A program made the position numbers and the translations under genes. The notes beneath the pieces were generated by a model. That model had not been told where the DNA came from and did not search any database. It worked only from the letters and a program-made list of their open reading frames with translations. This document shows, piece by piece, positions 26,179 to 36,787 of a stretch of DNA of 64,000 bases. The stretch's first letter is position 1. The number at the start of each line of letters is the position of its first letter. Where the stretch lies: positions 32,001 through 96,000 of the forward strand of contig JBAXAI010000003.1 of the NCBI GenBank assembly GCA_037142615.1. The letters run 5' to 3'. This stretch comes from Spirochaetales bacterium (GTDB lineage Bacteria > Spirochaetota > Spirochaetia > JABEVK01).

Positions 26179-27252
26179 TCCGGGGGCCAAGCGGTTCCCG
26201 CTGACCCTCACCGGCGCCGGTTTTTTTTTGCCTCGTCGGTCCTGCTGACCGTCGGCTTTGTCCACGGGGAGCTCGCCACCCTGCTGTGGGGCGCGTTGTT
26301 CGCCTTTCTGGTCGTTTACACCGCCAGTGTTTCGCTGCTGCTCCGTCTCCGCGTTCCTGATTTGGTGGTCGAACAGGTGTTGCCGGCCGCCCATTCGGGT
26401 GAACCGACGAGACTTTCGTGGCGCTCGGGCTTGCCGGTGACGCCGCCTTTGTTCGTTTGGTCGGTGAGCGTGGTGGCCCGCCATGGGGCGCACCGCAAGG
26501 CCGTCGGCCGGTTTGACCTGGCTGCGGGGGCCTGCTCGTGGGAACTTTTGCGGGGGACCTACCAGACGACGGCCCGCCTGGAACTTCGCGACCTGTGGGG
26601 GCTGACCCTCTGGCGTCCCCGCGCCCGCTTCGACCTGACGATCAAGGTGCTCCCCGCGAAGTTTGCGTCGGCGGTGCCCCTGCCGACCGCGCGTCCCACC
26701 GACCTGACCGGTCCGCGCCAAGCGGTGCGCCGCTCGGGTGAGGCCTTCGACGTGCGGCCGTATCAGCCGGGTGACGACTTGCGCCGCCTTCACTGGCCCT
26801 TGTGGGCGCACTCGGGGCAAACGTGGCTGCGAATCCCCGACCTGACTCCACCCCCGACAGGCCTGAGCGTGTGGCTGGTCGATCTCAGCGTCCCGGCTTC
26901 GACACCGGATCCCGAGGCGGTGCTCGACCTTCGGGCTGGGAGCCTGGCGTTCTGGCTTCAGCCTGGCGAGGCGTGGACTCTGCAAGTGCCAGCGCTGGGC
27001 TTGGCTTGCAGCAATCCCGGCGAGTTGGGCAACTTCCTGGCGGCGCTGACGCCGAGTCAGGACGCACCTGACCCGGGCGAGCGCTGGCTTGGGAGCCTGC
27101 CGCCGGAAGTGCTTGTGGTGACAGGAGAGGGCAGTCCGGGTCTAGAAGCGTTGCGGAGGCTGCTCGAGCCCCGCACGCGGGTTCGGCCGGTGCTGGTTCC
27201 CCTGCCTTCGCCGATCGTGCTGGCCCGGCCTCGCTGGTGGGAGCGCCGATGA
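26168..27252 (+). pseudogene. DUF58 protein, frameshifted at a T9 run (26221-26229)
   Basis: VRPYQPGDDLRRLHWP DUF58 motif; the ATG 26168 frame stops after 26 codons, but one extra T joins it to the 26296-27252 ORF. Confidence 0.75.
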
Positions 27253-29324
27253 CAACCCTTCTGCGTCTGGCTTCGCTGGGCTTTCTGGCGTGGAACTACG
27301 GCCTCTACTTTCCCGGGTTGGTCAATCCGGTAGCCCTGGTCGCGATCGCCGCAGCGGCGCTGGCGGGGGGCCTTTTTACGTCGCGGACCCGAGCGTGGGT
27401 GGCGGCGTTGGCGTCCGTTGCCGTGTGGCTGGGGCTCCGCTTGCTCTTGGTCGGTGTGCCGCAAGCGCTTTCGTCGTTTTCGGCAACGCCCTTGCCTTGG
27501 GATACTTGGCCCCTGGCGGCCGACCGCCATCTCGTGTTCGCCTTGCCGGTGGTGGCGCTGGGTTGGTTTGAGGGCTGGTGGTTCCGACCCGGCCGCTCCT
27601 CGCCGGCCAGGGAACGGTTGGTTCACGCCCTCGTGCTGGTGGCGTTGTTCTGGGCCCAGGGGCCTTTCCACCTCACGCTGTACTCGTCACCGTTCCTGTT
27701 CGGGCTGGTCCTTTTGCCGTATTTGGCCGTCGAGGCCTACTTGCTGATTCCTGAAGCCAGGCTCGTGGCTCGGCGAACCTTGGCCTCGGTCGCGGGCGTG
27801 CTGCTGCTCGTGCTGGCCGTCGTCGCGGTGCTGTGGAGCCTGTTCGGCAAGTACGAGGAGCTCTCGACAGCGTCGGGAGGGGGCCTGATGAAGCCCGACC
27901 TGTTCCAGTTTGACTTTTCACCGTTGATACGGCTCGAAACGCAGATCTCGCTGAGCGACCACTTGGTGCTACTTTACCGCGAACCCGGGCCAGGCACCAA
28001 GCGGTATTTGCGCCGTTTCGTCTTGTCGGGCTACGACCCGGCCAAGGGGTTCTTTGTCGACCCACCGGCCGGGGGTGGCGAAACCGCGCTTCCTCCTGTG
28101 GGGCACAAAGCTCTCACTTTCCCGAACAATGAAAGCTTGCCGGGGCGACAACTCGTTACGCAGGAATACTTTCTGGTGAACCTGGACCCTGCGTCGCTGC
28201 TTGCGCTCAACGCGCCGGTGCGGTTGCAACCGTACGCCCGCTGGAACAAGTCGTCGTTCGTGAATGCCTACAAGGTCGAGTCTCGCGTGGCTGGCGACCT
28301 GTACTGGGAACTCGGCGACGAACCCGGCGACGGCTTGAACGACGCCGAGAGGCAGCACGACTTGCGCTGGGGCGACGATGCCGAACTCCGGGAGCTGGCC
28401 CTCAGCATTACCGCCCACGCCGAAACGCCCTACGAAAAAGCGCTGGCGGTGCAGAACTACCTCAAGGACAATTTCCTGTATTCGCTCAAGCCAGGCGAGC
28501 CGGGACCCGAGGGGGCGCTGAAGCACTTCTTGTTCCAGTCGAAGAAGGGCTATTGCTCCTACTTTGCGTTTTCGATGGCGCTGCTCTTGCGAAGCGTGGG
28601 GGTCCCGGCCCGGGTGAGCGTTGGGTTTTTGACCAATCCCGACGAAAAAGTGCTCGACTTTTACCCTGTGAGGGCCTTCCAGGCTCACGCCTGGGTCGAG
28701 GTACCGTTTGGCACCTACGGCTGGGTCGACTTTGACCCCACCAGCGAAAACTTAGCGCCGGGGGAAGGACTGACCTCGCCCAAGGGGATGGATCCCGACG
28801 AAATGACCCGCATGATCGCCGAGATTCTCAAGGCCCAGCCGGTGCCGCTCACGGAAACTCCTTCGGAAGCGGTTTCGGCCCAACCCGAGTGGAGCGTGGG
28901 GGCGGCAATGGATTGGGGGCGTCGTTTTGGAGGCCTGCTGCTGTTGACGCTCCTGCTGCTGGCTCAGGAGTTCTACCGGCAGCGCTTCCGCGCCAAGGCT
29001 TGGTTCGCGCCACCCCGGCAAAAAGCCGAACTCGCGTGGCGCCACCTGCGCTGGAAGGCCCTGCAGGTCGGGTTGGGCCCACAGGCCGCCGAGACCCCAG
29101 GCCAGTGGGCCGACCGTGTCGACTTGGCTCAGGGTTGGGTGCAAGGGCTCGAACGCGCACGCTACTCTGCCGAGTTTTCACCAGCCGAGGCGAAACTCGC
29201 TTGGTCGGAGCTTCCGGCGATCACGAGGGAGTTGGCCCTCCGCGGAAGGAATCTTCGTTGGGGCCGCGCGCGGTTGGTCGCGATGGTCGTGTTCCCGTGG
29301 TGGCCGCATCGGAGGCCACGTTGA
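27249..29324 (+). CDS. Membrane transglutaminase-like protein (TgpA-like)
   Basis: Multi-TM N-terminus; catalytic triad GYCSYFA / HAWVEV / DFDPT. Confidence 0.9.
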   Translation: MTTLLRLASLGFLAWNYGLYFPGLVNPVALVAIAAAALAGGLFTSRTRAWVAALASVAVWLGLRLLLVGVPQALSSFSATPLPWDTWPLAADRHLVFALPVVALGWFEGWWFRPGRSSPARERLVHALVLVALFWAQGPFHLTLYSSPFLFGLVLLPYLAVEAYLLIPEARLVARRTLASVAGVLLLVLAVVAVLWSLFGKYEELSTASGGGLMKPDLFQFDFSPLIRLETQISLSDHLVLLYREPGPGTKRYLRRFVLSGYDPAKGFFVDPPAGGGETALPPVGHKALTFPNNESLPGRQLVTQEYFLVNLDPASLLALNAPVRLQPYARWNKSSFVNAYKVESRVAGDLYWELGDEPGDGLNDAERQHDLRWGDDAELRELALSITAHAETPYEKALAVQNYLKDNFLYSLKPGEPGPEGALKHFLFQSKKGYCSYFAFSMALLLRSVGVPARVSVGFLTNPDEKVLDFYPVRAFQAHAWVEVPFGTYGWVDFDPTSENLAPGEGLTSPKGMDPDEMTRMIAEILKAQPVPLTETPSEAVSAQPEWSVGAAMDWGRRFGGLLLLTLLLLAQEFYRQRFRAKAWFAPPRQKAELAWRHLRWKALQVGLGPQAAETPGQWADRVDLAQGWVQGLERARYSAEFSPAEAKLAWSELPAITRELALRGRNLRWGRARLVAMVVFPWWPHRRPR

Positions 29325-31117
29325 AGTGGCTGGGTTGGGCGCTCGCTTGCCTGCTGCTCAGCGCGACCTCAGTTGGGGGACAGACCTCACTCGGGGAGCA
29401 GACCCCGGGGCCCCAGACCTCGGCCGACCTCTTGTTACTGGGGCAACAGGCCGAAAGGGCCGAAAACTACCAGCAGGCCATCGCCGACTACCAGCGGGCG
29501 GCCGAGCTCGACCCGAAGTCGCCAGAACCGCCCCGGGCCTTGGCCCTGCTGTATGCGTCGCAGAACCTTCAGCGCTTGGCGCTTCCGGCCTGGGAGGCTG
29601 TGCTGGCGAAAACCCCCGACGATCGTGATTCCTGGATCGAAGTGGCCCAGACTCACGGCTACCTGAACGAAGACCACGAGGCGGTGGTGGTCTACGAGGA
29701 GGCGCTGCGTCGTTTCCCGGCCGACCTGGACTTGGCGCAGGCTTTGGCGTGGATGTTGTTCAAGACCGAGGACTTTCAGCGGGGCATCACGTTGCTCGAG
29801 TCGATGTTGAAGTCCCAGGCGACCACCGCCGGCGTCGAAATGATTCTCGGCACGCTCTACTCGAGCCAATTCAGCGAGGCCCAGGCCCGGGTGCACTACC
29901 TGCAGTCCATCGCGCTGACCACGGGCAACTCGTTGACCGAGAAGGTTTTCCGTTCTATCGCCTGGTACAACCTCAGCCTTCTCGACAAGGACTTTTACCA
30001 CTTTGAGGCCTCGCGGGACGACCTGAAGCAGTCGATTCTCCAACAGGAACGCGCCTCGAACCACCTCGCGATGGGCGAGCTCGAACAGGAGGCGCTCCAG
30101 GAAAAGGCCGCACGCCAGTCGTACACCAAGGCTCTCGAGACTGACGACACGCCCCTGAGCCTGTTCGATCTGGCCAAGCTGGAGCAGCTTTTTGGCCATT
30201 TGAACGACGCGAAGTCGAGGGCCACCGAGGTCGCCAACTTCCGCGACGAAACGTGGATCTTCAATTTCGGCGTCACCAAAGAGAAGTTTCTGCGCGACCA
30301 GGAAGAGCTTGCGGCCGACATTCATCACGCGGCGTGGTTGCTGCTGGATTTTCAGGCCCGCACCACCGTGTGGGACTGGTTCGTCTGGGCTTGGAACAAG
30401 ACCTCGGAAGGCCTGCAGTGGTACTACCACGACCAGAATTGGAAGAACCTGCTGGTGAAGACCGGAAATACCTCGCTCCAAGTGCGCAATTCGCCCGAGG
30501 CCTGGGTCAACCTTACCCTGGCACACCGCGACCTGCCAGGGCTCGGCCTCAAGTACCTGTCGCTGAGCCGCCAGCACGAACTGCCGCGCAACCCGCTGTC
30601 ACAGCCGAGCTATCAGCTCGAAGAGGGTCTGCTCGCGGGCGACGAAAAACTGCTCGAACGAGCGCTGAAACAACTTCAAACGCCGGGCGAAAACGCCGAT
30701 CGGGCCCGAGGACTGGCGAAACTTGTCGAACTCCGCCGGGGTCGGGGCGCTGAAGTCGCCGCACGGCAGGCGCTTTCCGACCTGTTTGCCATCGGAGCCG
30801 GCCTCATGCCCGCTCAGGGTCTGGCACTTCCGGTTCGCTCGCTTTGGTTTGGGGCCGACGCGACCCAACTCGAACAATGGCGCCGGGCCGAGTCCGACTA
30901 CGCCAGCCAGAGTCACTGGGACATCAGTGGCGCCAGCCGTCCGGGTGTGGTGTACGACCTCGACATCCAGGTGTTTTCGAAAGATTCCCGCCAACTGTTT
31001 TGGACGCTCCGCGATGCGACAGGGGCCCCGAAAAAATCGGGCCGTGTCGAGTATGACCCCCAAACGAAAATGGAGGCTCTCGCCTCCATCCTCCTGCAAG
31101 TTCACACTTCGGACTGA
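29321..31117 (+). CDS. Secreted TPR-repeat protein
   Basis: TTG start after GGAGG; signal peptide; YQQAIADYQRAAELDP-type TPR repeats. Confidence 0.8.
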   Translation: MKWLGWALACLLLSATSVGGQTSLGEQTPGPQTSADLLLLGQQAERAENYQQAIADYQRAAELDPKSPEPPRALALLYASQNLQRLALPAWEAVLAKTPDDRDSWIEVAQTHGYLNEDHEAVVVYEEALRRFPADLDLAQALAWMLFKTEDFQRGITLLESMLKSQATTAGVEMILGTLYSSQFSEAQARVHYLQSIALTTGNSLTEKVFRSIAWYNLSLLDKDFYHFEASRDDLKQSILQQERASNHLAMGELEQEALQEKAARQSYTKALETDDTPLSLFDLAKLEQLFGHLNDAKSRATEVANFRDETWIFNFGVTKEKFLRDQEELAADIHHAAWLLLDFQARTTVWDWFVWAWNKTSEGLQWYYHDQNWKNLLVKTGNTSLQVRNSPEAWVNLTLAHRDLPGLGLKYLSLSRQHELPRNPLSQPSYQLEEGLLAGDEKLLERALKQLQTPGENADRARGLAKLVELRRGRGAEVAARQALSDLFAIGAGLMPAQGLALPVRSLWFGADATQLEQWRRAESDYASQSHWDISGASRPGVVYDLDIQVFSKDSRQLFWTLRDATGAPKKSGRVEYDPQTKMEALASILLQVHTSD

Positions 31118-31139
31118 GCGACACTCGCCGGAACGCGGC

Positions 31140-33311
31140 CTACGACTTCTTGAGCACCACCAGCGAAATATCATCGGTGAAGAACCCGCCGTGTTTCTTG
31201 AGGTCACCCCCGGCGGCGTGGCGTCGCAGGTTGTCGAGCAGGCCCGCGATGATGTCGGCAGGCGCCTTGTCGGCGTGCTCGGCCATCGAGTTCTTGATGC
31301 CGTCGAGCCCGAACATGGTCCCGTTGGCGTTCTTGGCCTCGCTGACCCCGTCGGAGTACAAAATGAACAGATCGCCGGGCTTCAGGCTGAACTCGACCAG
31401 CGACTGCGCCGAGACGGCGAACTCCGACAGGCCCATGTACCCGGCGCGCCCCGAAAGCCCGGGAATCTCTTCAAACTCGCCCTTTTCGCGGCGGAAAATC
31501 ACCGTTACCAGGTGCGAACCCACCCCCTGAATCTTTCCGTTCTTTTCGAAGAAGTAGTTCTGGGTCATAAACTTGTCGCTGCCGATGCGGTCACGGTTGA
31601 GCGTACAAAGCACGCGGTTCACCGAATCGAACACCTGGTCGAGCGGTAGGGGCTTGCCCAACACCTTGCTCGCGTCGAGGGCACCGTGCAAGGCCGCAAT
31701 CGAAATCACGGCCATCATGCCGGCGGGCAGCCCGTGGCCCGAAACGTCGCCGATGCCGAAGTAGTTGCCAAACGGCGTGGGCAGAAAGTCGAACACGTCG
31801 CCGCCGACTTCCGAGGCTGTTTCCATGAACGAGCCGACTTCGTAGCCGTCCATGACGATGTTCTTGGGAAGGATGGCCGTTTGAAGGTCCTTGGCAATGT
31901 TCATTTCGCCCTGCAGGCGGTTGCGCTCCCGCTGCACTTCCTTGCCGCTGATCAAGGCAAAAATCGTCGCCAGGTTTTCGGCAAGTTCGAACAGAACACC
32001 ACGCTCGGCCGGGTAGAGCTTGTCGAACGAGTCCTTGAACACGGTGATCGAGCCGACAAAGTTGGTTCCGTCAAAAATGGGCACCACCGCGACCAGCCGT
32101 TGAAGCCCTTTGATGCCCTCGGGCATCTCGGTGGAAATCGCAATGTCATTCGCGGTCATGGCCTGCTTGAGCAAACGTTTGCCGAAGTCCTTCAGGTCCT
32201 CGAGGGGCGTGTTCTGCAGTTCGGGAACATCGTAGGTGGTGCGCAGGATCAAATCATTGAGCTTGGCCTTGTCGAGGCTCTTGATGTTCTTGTTTTCTGA
32301 CAGCGGCGTGCAATAGCCCGAGATGTGGCCCACATCCTCGACCCGGAGGATATTCCCTACCGCGCGCCGAACCGTCATTCCGGTCATCCGGTATTCGGGC
32401 ACCACCATACGTTCCTTCACCTTGTCGAGGGAACTTTCCATGGCCTCGCGGATCATCACCAGGTCTTCCTTGTCCGATGAAGCGATGACTCGGCGGATCA
32501 ACAACGCCTGCGTGTGCTGGCGCGCTTCGATCTTGTTGCGGTCGCTTCGGAGCTGGTAGTTCGACCAGAAAAAGAACTCTTCCACCAGTCGGACGACGAA
32601 CATGATGTTGAGGATGGTGTACCAGTACAGCGGCAGATTGACCTGCTGGTGCACTTCGGTGGGCGGCGCGATCGACAAGATATCGATCAGCATGACGAAG
32701 GCGAGGGCCATCATCGTGTAGAACGGGTAACCCCGCTTGCGGATCACGCCTTCCTGCAGGTTGAAGACTTTGCGAGCCGCAAAAAACGCCACAATGATCA
32801 GCGACAACGTGAAGAGAATGGTAAGGATCTTCATGTGCGACGAGTACCCGAGCACGGGGTTCGCCTTGGCGTCGTCAGAAAGGAGCAGGCTCAAGAAGCC
32901 GCTGGAATGGTCCCAGTTGAAGCCGCCGACATAAAGCAACATCACCAGCCCGAACCCGCCAAACAGCCCGAACCAGAGGGCCAGAGACTTCAGTCCTTTG
33001 CGGAAGTCGACAGCCAGAAAGGACTCTTCGATGCGCTTCACGTGAATGGCATACTCAAGGAACATGAACGCCAGGAAGTACAGCACCCCCGAGGCAACGA
33101 GAAGCTGGGGCCAGATCAGCAACCAGGAGTCCTTCATCACCCAACTGGCGGTTTGCGCGATTCCGACGGCCGCGATCGCCAAGAGCGCCAGAAAAAGATA
33201 GTTGGTTCGCTTCTGGGGCCCGTGCCGGAACATGCGTTCGGCCCAGAAGATGCCGCCGATGGCGATCACGGGAATGAAGCTGAAGAGATGGAAGTCGATT
33301 AACAGGTCCAT
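31140..33311 (-). CDS. Membrane-bound SpoIIE/RsbU-type PP2C phosphatase
   Basis: Multi-TM N-terminus; AKDLQ..ILP, EVGGDVFDF, IGDVSGHGLPA, LYSDGVSEA, DDISLVVL. Confidence 0.9.
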   Translation of the reverse strand: MDLLIDFHLFSFIPVIAIGGIFWAERMFRHGPQKRTNYLFLALLAIAAVGIAQTASWVMKDSWLLIWPQLLVASGVLYFLAFMFLEYAIHVKRIEESFLAVDFRKGLKSLALWFGLFGGFGLVMLLYVGGFNWDHSSGFLSLLLSDDAKANPVLGYSSHMKILTILFTLSLIIVAFFAARKVFNLQEGVIRKRGYPFYTMMALAFVMLIDILSIAPPTEVHQQVNLPLYWYTILNIMFVVRLVEEFFFWSNYQLRSDRNKIEARQHTQALLIRRVIASSDKEDLVMIREAMESSLDKVKERMVVPEYRMTGMTVRRAVGNILRVEDVGHISGYCTPLSENKNIKSLDKAKLNDLILRTTYDVPELQNTPLEDLKDFGKRLLKQAMTANDIAISTEMPEGIKGLQRLVAVVPIFDGTNFVGSITVFKDSFDKLYPAERGVLFELAENLATIFALISGKEVQRERNRLQGEMNIAKDLQTAILPKNIVMDGYEVGSFMETASEVGGDVFDFLPTPFGNYFGIGDVSGHGLPAGMMAVISIAALHGALDASKVLGKPLPLDQVFDSVNRVLCTLNRDRIGSDKFMTQNYFFEKNGKIQGVGSHLVTVIFRREKGEFEEIPGLSGRAGYMGLSEFAVSAQSLVEFSLKPGDLFILYSDGVSEAKNANGTMFGLDGIKNSMAEHADKAPADIIAGLLDNLRRHAAGGDLKKHGGFFTDDISLVVLKKS

Positions 33312-33314
33312 GGT

Positions 33315-34436
33315 CTACTCCTTGGGTAGGTAGTCTTGCAGGCGTTTTGCCCAACCAGCCACCTGGGCTTGGACCCCGTTGCCGGGCGCGGGTTCTTGGA
33401 TGAGGCGGGCGATGAAGGCGGAGTTTTCCTCGGACTTTTCCTTGGCGAACGAACTGACGGCCCTGACGATTTCGACTCCCAGAATGACCCCCTGAAGGGA
33501 CCCGGCCACCGAGATCAGGCTGCTGGTTTCCTCTTCGGTCTCTTTGTCGGCGTCGGTCACCACGCGCATCACGGTCGCGATGGTGGTCTGCAGCAGGCCG
33601 ATGACCTCTTCGATTTCGCCGAGGGACAACTCCGTTTCTTTGGCCAGAGCGCGAATCTCCTTGGCCACAACCTCGAAGCCGCGACCCGAAACTCCGGCGC
33701 GGGCCGAAACAATCGACGCATTGATCGAAAGAATGTGAATCTTGTCGGACACCTCGCTCATCAGGCCGAGAATCTTGGCGATCCGCAGCGAGTGTTCGTA
33801 AAGCACCTTGGTCTGCCCCAGCGACTCCGACAGGGCCCCCGTGACAATCCTGAGGCCACCCTGCACCTTTTCGGAAAGGTCAAAGGCCTGCTTGGCCGAA
33901 TTGGCCAAGTTGTCCGAAATCTCGTACCCGCGAACCACATTCTCGCGGACGAAATCAACGCCTTCCTGAATTTCGACCAGTTTTCCAGACAGGGGTGACG
34001 GTTGGTCGAGCACCTTCGGCAACTCGCTCAAGAAGGGCAGCAGCTCGCGGATCAGCGCCTGAGCCTCGGCAAGGGCCTCGACGGCTGCAGTCTGGGTTTG
34101 CACGTCAGCGTTCTCGGGAGGCAAGGGTCCGACCTCCGGTCCAACGTCGCCAGCAGGTTCCTCTTCTTCGGCCAAGTCGTCCTGAAAGGCGACGGGATCG
34201 CTTTGAAAAGCGACGGGTACCTCGAGTGCCGGGGTCAGAACAAGGCCTGCGGGTGCCACGGCGACGCGGCCCTTTTCGGGCCAAAACAAGCGCTCGCCCG
34301 CAAAAAACAAGCCCACGGCCAGTGCGATATCGCACAAAACGCCCCAGGGCAGGGGAATCAGCGAAAACGCGCCAAAACCCGCGGCTCCCAACGCCAGAAA
34401 GACGGCAAAGGCGATCCGGCGGTTGAAGGGGCTCAT
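33315..34436 (-). CDS. MCP signalling-domain protein (two TMs, no periplasmic sensor)
   Basis: IHILSINASIVSARAGVSGRGFEVVAKEIRALA hairpin tip. Confidence 0.8.
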   Translation of the reverse strand: MSPFNRRIAFAVFLALGAAGFGAFSLIPLPWGVLCDIALAVGLFFAGERLFWPEKGRVAVAPAGLVLTPALEVPVAFQSDPVAFQDDLAEEEEPAGDVGPEVGPLPPENADVQTQTAAVEALAEAQALIRELLPFLSELPKVLDQPSPLSGKLVEIQEGVDFVRENVVRGYEISDNLANSAKQAFDLSEKVQGGLRIVTGALSESLGQTKVLYEHSLRIAKILGLMSEVSDKIHILSINASIVSARAGVSGRGFEVVAKEIRALAKETELSLGEIEEVIGLLQTTIATVMRVVTDADKETEEETSSLISVAGSLQGVILGVEIVRAVSSFAKEKSEENSAFIARLIQEPAPGNGVQAQVAGWAKRLQDYLPKE

Positions 34437-34813
34437 TCGACTTTGACGGCTCCGGGAACCAAGAACGTGAGCGTGGGAAGGCTGGTCACCTGCCAGGTGA
34501 TGGCCTTGTTGTGCGCGATGCGGATCTGGTACTTCTTGTCGGCCGGGAGCATGGCCAGTTTCATGATCCACTTAGCGACAGCCTTGATGCCCGAGGAGTT
34601 CAGGAACGTCAGACCGTTGAAGTCGGCGACAACGAAGGGGACCTTCTGGGCCACCATGCCGCTGTGGATCTTCTCAAAAAGCGGGTCAAGGATGATGCTC
34701 GGGTCTTCCATGTCGATGTCACCGATGAGCTTCACCAGCAGGCCGTCGTCCTTGTCGAGCACCTCGATCTTGATCTTGTCTTGCGAAATCGAATCAACGT
34801 TCAGTCTGTTCAT
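34433..34813 (-). CDS. STAS-like anti-anti-sigma factor
   Basis: L.GDIDM...DF.GL.FLNSSGIK phosphoacceptor-like motif. Confidence 0.75.
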   Translation of the reverse strand: MNRLNVDSISQDKIKIEVLDKDDGLLVKLIGDIDMEDPSIILDPLFEKIHSGMVAQKVPFVVADFNGLTFLNSSGIKAVAKWIMKLAMLPADKKYQIRIAHNKAITWQVTSLPTLTFLVPGAVKVE

Positions 34814-34827
34814 GGCATTCCTCTTTT

Positions 34828-35295
34828 TTATTTAACGATGATGGTGAAGGTGATCTTGTGTTCGGGGGTAACCACCAGCTTGATATCGGCTCCGATTTCG
34901 TAGCGGATGCGTGCCAAGCCGAGTTGGCTCTTGCCGTCGGTCCGTGTGGCGGCTTCGCGCATCTGCACGATGTAGGCCTCCAGCGGATCACCGGTCATGA
35001 TCTTTTTGTACAAGGCCCGCACTTCGGTGGCGCCCTTTTCGGTGGCCTGATTGGTCACCGAGCACTCGATCACACCGGTTTCGGGGAAGGCCTTGACGAT
35101 GCAATGGGTATCTTCGCTGGCGCCGTACTTGACGGCGTTCTCGAGCAGTTCGCTCGCGGCCATGGCGATGCCGTCGGCCTTGCCTTGGTCCGATAGCGCA
35201 ATGGCGATGAAGTTCTGAATGAAGACTCGGGCCGGTGAAATGTACTTCCACCGGGGTCCAAAACGGATCTCAATATAGCCGTCGGGTGTTGCCAT
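34828..35295 (-). CDS. RsbW/SiaB-like HATPase Ser kinase (anti-sigma type)
   Basis: AASELLENAVKYG (N box); SQLGLARI (G2-like box). Confidence 0.7.
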   Translation of the reverse strand: MATPDGYIEIRFGPRWKYISPARVFIQNFIAIALSDQGKADGIAMAASELLENAVKYGASEDTHCIVKAFPETGVIECSVTNQATEKGATEVRALYKKIMTGDPLEAYIVQMREAATRTDGKSQLGLARIRYEIGADIKLVVTPEHKITFTIIVK

Positions 35296-35385
35296 GGTCG
35301 CCGTCCTTTTGCCCGCAATTCCTTGGGGTAACAATGATCATAGGCCGGCCCTACCCAAATGGCAAGTTAATTGACAGTGGGGCGC

Positions 35386-36348
35386 CTACCAGACAAAGAG
35401 GTTGGCCCCATAAGAAAGTCCGGCACCGAATCCGACCGTGAGCAGGAGGTCTCCTCGAACCAGGAGCCCTTTGGCGTCCATTTCGGCCAAAGCCAGCGGA
35501 ATCGTGGCTCCGGACGTGTTCGCGTAGTTTTCCATGTTCAGGTAGAAGCGCTCGAGTGGCACGCCGAGTCGCTTGGCTGCGGAGTCAACGATGCGCACGT
35601 TGGCCTGGTGGGGAACGATCCACTTCACTTCGTCGAGGCTGCGGCCGTTGCGCGCCAGGATTTCGAGGATACTGTCCTTGACGACACGGATGGCAAAGGC
35701 GTAAACCGCCCGGCCGTCCATGGCCACACAGGAACTGAGCTGGTCGGTCACGGGACTTCGGGTTCCACCGGTGGGCCTGGTCAGCGCGGTGGCGCCTTCG
35801 CCTTCGGAGCGGAGGAACGAAGGGTAAAACGACACGCTGGAATCCGGACCGAGCAGCACGGCGCCCGCGCCGTCGCCAAACAAAATGCACGTGTTGCGGT
35901 CGCTCCAGTTGATGATGCGGCTGAAGGTTTCGGCGCCAATCACCAAAACGTGCTTTGCGGTGCCGGCGACAATGAAAGCCCGGGCCGTTTCGAGGGCGTA
36001 CACAAACCCGGTGCAGGCTGCGGCGATGTCGAAAGCCCCCGCGTTCGTCGCACCAAGGCCATGCTGCACAAGGCTGGCCGTGGCGGGAAAGCCCAGGTAG
36101 TCGGGCGTACTGGTGGCAACAAGGACCAGATCAAGTTGGGCGGGATCGAAAGCGGCCCGTTCGAGTGCCTGCCGCCCCGCAGCGAGCGCGAGGTCGGAAG
36201 TGGCTTCGTGGTCGGCAGCAATACGCCGACGTCGGATGCCTGTGTGGCTGTAGATCCACTCATCTGAGGTGTCGACCAATCGAGACAGCTCTTCGTTTTC
36301 CATGATTCGCTGGGGAACGTAGAGTCCCGTGGATAGTATTCGCGGCAT
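35386..36348 (-). CDS. fabH: 3-oxoacyl-ACP synthase III
   Basis: DTSDEWI..HTGI..RR, AACTGF, LFGDGAGA, VPHQAN.RI, YANTSGA, GFGAGL. Confidence 0.95.
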   Translation of the reverse strand: MPRILSTGLYVPQRIMENEELSRLVDTSDEWIYSHTGIRRRRIAADHEATSDLALAAGRQALERAAFDPAQLDLVLVATSTPDYLGFPATASLVQHGLGATNAGAFDIAAACTGFVYALETARAFIVAGTAKHVLVIGAETFSRIINWSDRNTCILFGDGAGAVLLGPDSSVSFYPSFLRSEGEGATALTRPTGGTRSPVTDQLSSCVAMDGRAVYAFAIRVVKDSILEILARNGRSLDEVKWIVPHQANVRIVDSAAKRLGVPLERFYLNMENYANTSGATIPLALAEMDAKGLLVRGDLLLTVGFGAGLSYGANLFVW

Positions 36349-36383
36349 GTTCCCTCCGGTTTGGACGGCGCCATCTTAAGCGG

Positions 36384-36412
36384 TTGACAAAAAAAAATCC
36401 ACTGGATATATT
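36384..36412 (+). promoter_or_regulatory. Sigma70 promoter of tRNA-Ala
   Basis: TTGACA-17 nt-TATATT, 12 nt before the tRNA. Confidence 0.75.
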
Positions 36413-36424
36413 CCTGTTCGTTCT

Positions 36425-36497
36425 GGGGATATAGCTCAGTTGGTAGAGCACTACAATGGCATTGTAGGGGTCAGGAGTTCGAATCTCCTTATCTCCA
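36425..36497 (+). tRNA. tRNA-Ala(GGC)
   Basis: GGGGATA/TATCTCC acceptor stem with G3:U70; AGCTCAGTTGGTAGAGC D arm; CTACA-ATGGCAT-TGTAG anticodon arm; GTTCGAATC T loop; CCA not encoded. Confidence 0.97.
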
Positions 36498-36522
36498 TAT
36501 TTTCAAGGTTTCCCAATACAAC

Positions 36523-36583
36523 GAAAGCCAGATAGAGCAAGGATTTAGCTGAAAAGCTAGCCTGCTTAGTCTGGCTTTCTTTG
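36523..36583 (+). terminator. Long stem-loop after the tRNA (terminator-like)
   Basis: GAAAGCCAGA...TCTGGCTTTC with inner TAGC/GCTA pairing, followed by a T-rich tail. Confidence 0.55.
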
Positions 36584-36787
36584 CTTCACACTCGATTCGG
36601 ATTGTCTCACTATTGGCGCACGGGACCTTGGGGGTGCCCTGGCGACGGAACCGCCTATGGTAGCCAGTTGCAAGGTAACTGCGGCTGGCAGGTTTTGGGC
36701 ATCATTCGTGAGACTTAAAGTTTCAAAATGAAGGTGCAAAAGTGCTTATTCTTGACACCCTTCGCTTTCAGCGGCCATCCTTGGGGC

